From a virus, in IMG/VR virus record IMGVR_UViG_3300028584_001238: DNA of 64,000 nt; one strand, written 5' to 3'. This document shows, in pieces, positions 58,227-64,000 of this stretch (the first letter of the stretch is position 1; the number at the start of each line of letters is the position of its first letter). The notes beneath the pieces are model-generated. The model saw only the letters and a program-made list of their open reading frames with translations. It made no database searches and was not told where the DNA came from. Both the position numbers and the translations under genes were made by a program.

Positions 58227-58619
58227 ATGAATATGCAAAACGAAGTAAATGCAACATTGAACAGAATGGTGGGTGAAACTATCGAGTCTGTGAGTGGTAA
58301 CCGTAACGATTCTGAGTTTGTAGTACGTACAACAAGTGGTTTAGTGTTTACGTTCTTACATCATCAAGATTGCTGTGAAGACGTGTATTTGGAAGAGATC
58401 ATTGGCGACATTGATGACTTAATCGGACACACTGTTGTTATGGCTGAGGAAACTTCTAACAGCGATTTGATTGTGGGATCGCCATGTTATCAAGGAGAAT
58501 CATTTACTTGGACTTATTATCGAATGGCGACTGAAAGAGGATTGGTGGTATTACGATTCTTCGGGTCTTCAAATGGTTATTACGCCGAGTCAGTGTCTGT
58601 ATCAGTAACACAACAATAG
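58227..58619 (+). CDS. phage hypothetical protein (QDCCE motif)
   Basis: HHQDCCEDV...TWTYY...G.SNGYY; AGGAG RBS. Confidence 0.75.
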   Translation: MNMQNEVNATLNRMVGETIESVSGNRNDSEFVVRTTSGLVFTFLHHQDCCEDVYLEEIIGDIDDLIGHTVVMAEETSNSDLIVGSPCYQGESFTWTYYRMATERGLVVLRFFGSSNGYYAESVSVSVTQQ

Positions 58620-58742
58620 GAACTTGAAAGAGTTCCTTTTTTTTCGCCTAAATAAATTAAAATCAATTTTTTTTGATGGTTGTTAATCAAAAATAAGACA
58701 ATAAAAAACCATCCTAGGATGGTTTTCTTACACTTAAATTAA

Positions 58743-59084
58743 TTATTTCTTCAAATCTTCTGCAATTGCACCAACCCAGCGATCAGCTCGACTAGAAAGA
58801 GTAGTAGCCAATTGCACTTGATCCAGTGCTTTAATATTATCCGTATACATTTTTCGATTGATTTCAATTGCACTATTCAACTGAGTTACCAATTTATTAT
58901 TTGCCTTACTTTCTTCATCTGTCTTTCCTTGTAAAGAATTGACCAGACTATTCAAAATCCGGCATTCTGCTTGAAGGCTTCTCATCGTCGCCTCAATAGA
59001 GTTTTTAACCTGATAAAGATTAATATTGGACTGTGAGAGGCATTCTTCTGCGTCTTTTAAAGCGAGATCGGTCAATCGAGACAT
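58743..59084 (-). CDS. coiled-coil protein
   Basis: GAGG RBS. Confidence 0.7.
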   Translation of the reverse strand: MSRLTDLALKDAEECLSQSNINLYQVKNSIEATMRSLQAECRILNSLVNSLQGKTDEESKANNKLVTQLNSAIEINRKMYTDNIKALDQVQLATTLSSRADRWVGAIAEDLKK

Positions 59085-59210
59085 AATGATTTATCCTCAT
59101 GAGTAATGGCCTATATTTTATCAAAATAATGAGTGCCTGACAAGTCTTTTTTTCGTTGTCAATCCTCATGGAATGTGCTATAATCCTTGAAATTATTTAG
59201 GAGATACACC

Positions 59211-59693
59211 ATGACTACTAATGAAAAGAGCTTCGAAGATTTGAAAGAATTTCTGGATGGTCTTTATGATACTACCCTCATCAAACGTAATTTGAAAAAA
59301 TATGGAGATGCTTTCATTCAAGAAGTCTTAGCTTTGGTAACATCTGAAAAAGATAAAAGTGAGATTTCCATGCTTTATTCTTACTACGTCGAAAATGGTA
59401 GCGAGCTTGTGATTAGATCTATTAATGAATTCGCTCACTCTAACAAACTGCATGATGCATTGGCAGTATTTCCACTCACTGATGATGATATTACAGGATT
59501 GGTTGATCAAGCAGTTTCCAACATTTTGTTTTATGACCGTAAAGGTGATGAAGAAATCAATATGGAACGTATCGAAGCCCATTTCAAAAATAACCCTGAT
59601 GCTATTGATGTGATGGTGGCAAAATTTCGTCAATCGCTGGAAGAAAGTCTCAATGATAAATCTGAGATTGAAGCTCTGAATGATGAATCTTAA
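59211..59693 (+). CDS. hypothetical protein
   Basis: AGGAG RBS before MTTNE. Confidence 0.7.
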   Translation: MTTNEKSFEDLKEFLDGLYDTTLIKRNLKKYGDAFIQEVLALVTSEKDKSEISMLYSYYVENGSELVIRSINEFAHSNKLHDALAVFPLTDDDITGLVDQAVSNILFYDRKGDEEINMERIEAHFKNNPDAIDVMVAKFRQSLEESLNDKSEIEALNDES

Positions 59694-59731
59694 TCAATTG
59701 CCATCAGCTCATGCATTAAAGGACTTTCATC

Positions 59732-60424
59732 ATGAAATATGATTACCGACATCCAGAAACACCAGAAGAAATTAAAAACGTGAAATCCAAGCTTTCTGTT
59801 GCAACGTATGAACAAAAAAACCTATTTGCCCGTTTCATGGCGGGTGATTATGAATGGGCAGAGTTTCAAGCTGATAATGGCTGTAAAACATTGGTTGAGT
59901 TGGGGTATTACATTTCTACTCGACCTCCAATTGAAGACATTATTGCAGCTTACTCTGATTTTGGGATTATTGCCGAACCCGTCAAAGGGTCTGCATGGCA
60001 TACTCAATCAATGGTAGCGGTCAATCATGATGGTATTCAATATGGACTGGATGATCGTGGTCGATATGCTGCTGAGAAGGATAAAAACAGTATTGAACAT
60101 GCTATCAAGCATTTTAAATTGATGAGCACTCACTACCATAACCGCATTAAGACAATTCATAACCATCTGGTATCTAAATCAAATGAGCCTATTTGGGTGT
60201 TAGCGGGTGGTGGTTATCAAATCCAAGCTTCATTTGGTAACAAGAATGGTTATATTGCTACGCTTGATTTGGATATGAATAGCTTTGTAAAAGTAGGTGT
60301 TGAAAATTCACAAAGGGCAAAAGTTATTAAAATTAAAAAATATGAATTATCTATGGAAGCTAAAAATTTGGAAGGGTTTTTTAGCGATTTTAAAGAAAAT
60401 AACTTTGTTTTAAAGGTTAGATAA
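59732..60424 (+). CDS. hypothetical protein
   Basis: 230-aa ORF with RBS. Confidence 0.7.
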   Translation: MKYDYRHPETPEEIKNVKSKLSVATYEQKNLFARFMAGDYEWAEFQADNGCKTLVELGYYISTRPPIEDIIAAYSDFGIIAEPVKGSAWHTQSMVAVNHDGIQYGLDDRGRYAAEKDKNSIEHAIKHFKLMSTHYHNRIKTIHNHLVSKSNEPIWVLAGGGYQIQASFGNKNGYIATLDLDMNSFVKVGVENSQRAKVIKIKKYELSMEAKNLEGFFSDFKENNFVLKVR

Positions 60425-61224
60425 TGAATGAATTAGAAATGAAAGAAAATTTTACATTTGACTTCTTTAATCCTGATTTCATCAGCGGGGGTAAAAAAGC
60501 CTTATCATTTTTGGTGCCAAATGAATTCAAGTTCTTTTTGAGTCATAAAATTATTAGTTGGCTAAATGTAGTTAATGAGTCAATAGATTGTGAATTTATT
60601 TTTGAAAGAGTGATGCCAGATGACTTTACATTACAAGGACAATCTCATTTTTCATTAAATATTAATACACATAATGGAGATGGGACTATTTATTTATATT
60701 ATGACAAAAACAATCAATTTACTCATGCCTGTTTATTATTTTTACAGAATGTGTATAAAAATGAAAATAAATTCCCTAAAAATAATAATCTATTTGAAAT
60801 AGAAATAAACATAAATAATAATATGGAAGTCGATAATTATATATTAACAAGGAAGGTGTCTTCATCAAATATACTGGGTTTGCAAATATCATATAAATTT
60901 GATTGTTTAGGTAAAAAATTGAAAGATTTTTTACTTTTAGATACTTATGAAAAAAACCAGAAATATGATCCGTACTTGTTGAGTTTTACAAAAGAAAATT
61001 TGAATGAACTAGATTTTTTTGATGACTTTTTTAACGAAATCATTGAGACTATTCTCTTGTCACCTAATGATTTTTTAGAATTAACAACACAATTTACAAT
61101 AAATAAAATAAATAGCAAAGAAGAATTTGAAATATTTTATGATGAATTAAGAGATTATTATAAGACTAAAAATTTATCTTATTTAGAAAATGCTTTGGAA
61201 GTTGTTGAAATGATAACTATTTAA
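60424..61224 (+). CDS. hypothetical protein with shared C-terminal motif
   Basis: paralog of 61243 and 62055 (FD...PDF); ends EVVEMITI. Confidence 0.8.
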   Translation: MNELEMKENFTFDFFNPDFISGGKKALSFLVPNEFKFFLSHKIISWLNVVNESIDCEFIFERVMPDDFTLQGQSHFSLNINTHNGDGTIYLYYDKNNQFTHACLLFLQNVYKNENKFPKNNNLFEIEININNNMEVDNYILTRKVSSSNILGLQISYKFDCLGKKLKDFLLLDTYEKNQKYDPYLLSFTKENLNELDFFDDFFNEIIETILLSPNDFLELTTQFTINKINSKEEFEIFYDELRDYYKTKNLSYLENALEVVEMITI

Positions 61225-61242
61225 TTAAACAGGATTATTAAA

Positions 61243-62031
61243 ATGAAAACTGATGAAACGGTAACATTCGATTATTTGAAACCAGACTTTTCTATTTTAA
61301 AAGGTAGAAGAATCGTTATGGTTAATCTTCAACCTGAATATCAATTTTATTTTAAACATAGGATTGTTCATTGGCTTAATCAAATGAATCAATCGTTTGA
61401 CCCAGAAACAAGTTTTGACGCGGTAAAAATTGAACGTTATATGGTAGGTGACAAAGGGACAGCCCTAATCGTCTATGGTTTTAAAAATCTTGCTGGCACT
61501 CTTCACTTTAATTATGACAAAGTTGGAAATTTTAAAAATATAAGTTTTTCAACTGAGGTTGGGATTTATAACAATCAGTTAAAGTTCCCATCTACCAGTC
61601 AATTTTTTACTGTGACTGCCGATATGAATACACACAATGAAATGCTCGATTATGTTGTAGAGCGTTCACTAGACATGTCAGATACCTCATATGACGATTT
61701 CATGGTAAAGTATTCGTTTACTGCTGATGGACAGAAAACAAAAGATTTATTAATTCTGTATGATTACAAATCGAAAGATGAGAACATGATTATTAATGCT
61801 GATGTTGAAAGTGTAGAAAACTTTGATGATTTTTTCAATAAAAATATAAATGTTATTTTACAATCATTAGAGACATTCATCGACATGTATCCACAATTTA
61901 GTATGGGTCTTGTAAACAACAATGAAACGCTTGACCTTTTTTATGCCGAAATGAAAAAAATGTATAAAGATGGTGTATTTAATAAAGGCTTCGATGAAAA
62001 TATTACGATTATCAAGATGATGACTATTTAA
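61243..62031 (+). CDS. hypothetical protein with shared C-terminal motif
   Basis: ends TIIKMMTI. Confidence 0.8.
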   Translation: MKTDETVTFDYLKPDFSILKGRRIVMVNLQPEYQFYFKHRIVHWLNQMNQSFDPETSFDAVKIERYMVGDKGTALIVYGFKNLAGTLHFNYDKVGNFKNISFSTEVGIYNNQLKFPSTSQFFTVTADMNTHNEMLDYVVERSLDMSDTSYDDFMVKYSFTADGQKTKDLLILYDYKSKDENMIINADVESVENFDDFFNKNINVILQSLETFIDMYPQFSMGLVNNNETLDLFYAEMKKMYKDGVFNKGFDENITIIKMMTI

Positions 62032-62054
62032 CTAGAAATGAAAAGGAATACAGA

Positions 62055-62849
62055 ATGACAATTAATGAAAGTGTTACATTTGATTATTTAAAACCAGACT
62101 TTTCTATTTTAAAAGATAAACGTCGAACAGATGCAGATATGTTACCAGAGCATATCTTCTATTTTAAACATAGAATTATTCATTGGCTTAATGAAGTTAA
62201 TGAAAAAAATGATCCAACTATTAATTTTGAAAACATCAAAATCGATCAATATGTTATTGGAAAAAATAAACAAGTAAATGCAAAATATAAATTAAAAGAT
62301 ATTGATGGACATATAATGTTCTTATATGATTATGATGATAATAATAATTTTATTGAAGTTGATCTTGAATTAAAAATAAAATCGGGTGTTTTTGATCATC
62401 TAAAATTTCCAAATTCAAGTCATTTTTTTGATCTTCAATTTGTATTAGATGAGAAAAATGAAATTGATTGTTATTTTATAAATCGACGCATTGATGTTTA
62501 TAAAAATGATACATTAGGCTATCTAATTCGATATGTATTTTACAAGGATACTCAAAAGAAAGATCACTTAGCCTTATTCGACTGTGTAAATCAAGAATCA
62601 TTAATACTAGACATTGATAATGGCTTTGAACTTTCTGAATTTGATGATTTTTTCAATGTTCACATCAACGATATCCTAAAATCCCCAGAAGCATTCGTGA
62701 CGATATATCCCTATTTCAGTGTGAAACAAGTAAACAGTAACGAAACACTAGAGGTTTTTTACAAAGAGTTGAAAGAAGCCTATAACAAGGGCATATTTGA
62801 TAATGGATTATCTGAAAACCTTCATGTTGTAAAGATGGCAGGTATTTAG
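62055..62849 (+). CDS. hypothetical protein with shared C-terminal motif
   Basis: ends HVVKMAGI. Confidence 0.8.
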   Translation: MTINESVTFDYLKPDFSILKDKRRTDADMLPEHIFYFKHRIIHWLNEVNEKNDPTINFENIKIDQYVIGKNKQVNAKYKLKDIDGHIMFLYDYDDNNNFIEVDLELKIKSGVFDHLKFPNSSHFFDLQFVLDEKNEIDCYFINRRIDVYKNDTLGYLIRYVFYKDTQKKDHLALFDCVNQESLILDIDNGFELSEFDDFFNVHINDILKSPEAFVTIYPYFSVKQVNSNETLEVFYKELKEAYNKGIFDNGLSENLHVVKMAGI

Positions 62850-62892
62850 AAAGAATAAAAGCACCTGATGGTGCTTTATTTTTAATTGACAG

Positions 62893-63237
62893 TTAAGCCA
62901 TCTGATATAGACCATCTGATAACTCATGAATGTTCTTTGCAAAATCATTATTAATCGTAAAACCATTTGATTCAAGGTCATTCACAAGAGTGTGAGCATC
63001 TTTAGCGGTTAACGGCATTCCATTTTTTTCAATAATATCAAGCAGTGAGTAATCCATTCCACTGGACTCCATAAAATAGCCATTTACACTAATACGAGAA
63101 ACAATATCTTCAATATCATTAGGATCATCATACATTTTATGAGTGTCCCAAGTATCTTTTGTGACGGCTGCAACACAAACAACGTCTTGTGATGTATCAA
63201 TAATAACTGCAAGGTATAGATATTTCTGAATACTCAT
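62893..63237 (-). CDS. hypothetical protein
   Basis: AGGAG RBS. Confidence 0.7.
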   Translation of the reverse strand: MSIQKYLYLAVIIDTSQDVVCVAAVTKDTWDTHKMYDDPNDIEDIVSRISVNGYFMESSGMDYSLLDIIEKNGMPLTAKDAHTLVNDLESNGFTINNDFAKNIHELSDGLYQMA

Positions 63238-63258
63238 AAATAGTCTCCTATATTTAGA

Positions 63259-63335
63259 TGGCCTCTACGGTTGGATTCGAACCAACGACCGTTCGCTTCG
63301 GAAGCGAGCACTCTATCCAACTGAGCTACGCAGAG
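63259..63335 (-). tRNA. tRNA-Arg(CCG)
   Basis: cloverleaf, anticodon loop TT-CCG-AA, GTTCGAATC T-loop, encoded CCA. Confidence 0.93.
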
Positions 63336-63429
63336 ATATTTGAAAAAGTATCTGACAATATAACCAATTAACAAGCTGTCGTCAATATTGAATTAGTATT
63401 ATACAGTTATCAAATCCGTCAATAACCAC

Positions 63430-63951
63430 TTATCGCATGTAGGTTGTGCTATGAATTATTTTATCAGTATCTAATAAGTCAGTGCAAGCTGTAATAAAGA
63501 TGTAATTTTTCAGTACACCATCGAAGTGATATCCTTTATCATTGACATCAGGGCGTTTTTCAAGTGGGAAAAATTCTTTAGTTTCATTGTAGATTTGTTC
63601 TGCTGCAGCATTACAGCTTCTGAAATGGGGGTATTGGTATCGGCTTTCTACTGAATAGATTTTATCATTGCGGACACTGACAACAATTGAGATCTGTCTT
63701 GGGTCATTATTTTTGTTTTTAACGGTGTAATAAGTCACATCGTCTTCTTTTTTCAAGAATGTATAATTAGGATCTTTTGAAATGTTTTCCATCTTGTCAT
63801 ATAACTTATAACCCAACATCGTCCTATTTTCTGGATCAAACATTGCTTTACCTTGTGGCTCAAGGTTTTCAGTTAAATGACCATTAGGGCTACATCCAGA
63901 AATAATGGCATAAAAGCTGACTAATATAAGTTTAATAAATAATGATAACAT
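63430..63951 (-). CDS. putative lipoprotein
   Basis: lipobox ISGC; loosely similar to 2182 and 27443. Confidence 0.7.
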   Translation of the reverse strand: MLSLFIKLILVSFYAIISGCSPNGHLTENLEPQGKAMFDPENRTMLGYKLYDKMENISKDPNYTFLKKEDDVTYYTVKNKNNDPRQISIVVSVRNDKIYSVESRYQYPHFRSCNAAAEQIYNETKEFFPLEKRPDVNDKGYHFDGVLKNYIFITACTDLLDTDKIIHSTTYMR

Positions 63952-64000
63952 TAAATAAAAGTCTCTTGTTAATACCTAAATTTTAAGCCAATAAAGCTTT

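Noticed and set aside
340-60017. Many overlapping antisense or alternate-frame ORFs in the track (e.g. 733-1083, 15379-15813, 38188-38856, 46722-47384)
   Set aside because: Shadows of better-supported genes, with no RBS or recognisable motifs
1-64000. Genome-wide TAG reassignment suggested by the CUA tRNA-like gene
   Set aside because: ORFs tile densely under code 11, and TAG ends 30744-31367 and 62055-62849 exactly where the shared C-terminal motif ends

Overview
AT-rich window of a large lytic dsDNA (jumbo-type) bacteriophage, apparently an accessory or early region. It holds about 110 short, mostly minus-strand ORFs, many in small cassettes with their own sigma70-type promoter and an intrinsic terminator, and no structural or core replication genes. 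Recognisable products: T4 Rnl1-type and DRB0094-type RNA ligases, a metallophosphoesterase, three GNATs, a zinc deaminase, a SAM methyltransferase, KTSC, DUF1643, signal peptidase I, tRNA-Leu(UAG), tRNA-Arg(CCG) and a tnpB-only IS200/IS605 element (18531-20305) whose ends can be placed exactly and which splits a secreted-protein gene. Main unexplained signals: (1) a promoter-driven ~355-nt structured RNA (54258-54613, minus) carrying a split mimic of the 23S rRNA L11-binding/GTPase-associated centre (H43 and H44), followed directly by a non-canonical tRNA-like RNA with an amber CUA anticodon; (2) 17 proteins from several dissimilar families that share one C-terminal signature with Met at position -4; (3) further candidate ncRNAs at 2048-2144, 2843-2947 and 26241-26519. 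All calls were made by eye and no searches were run; start codons are estimates.
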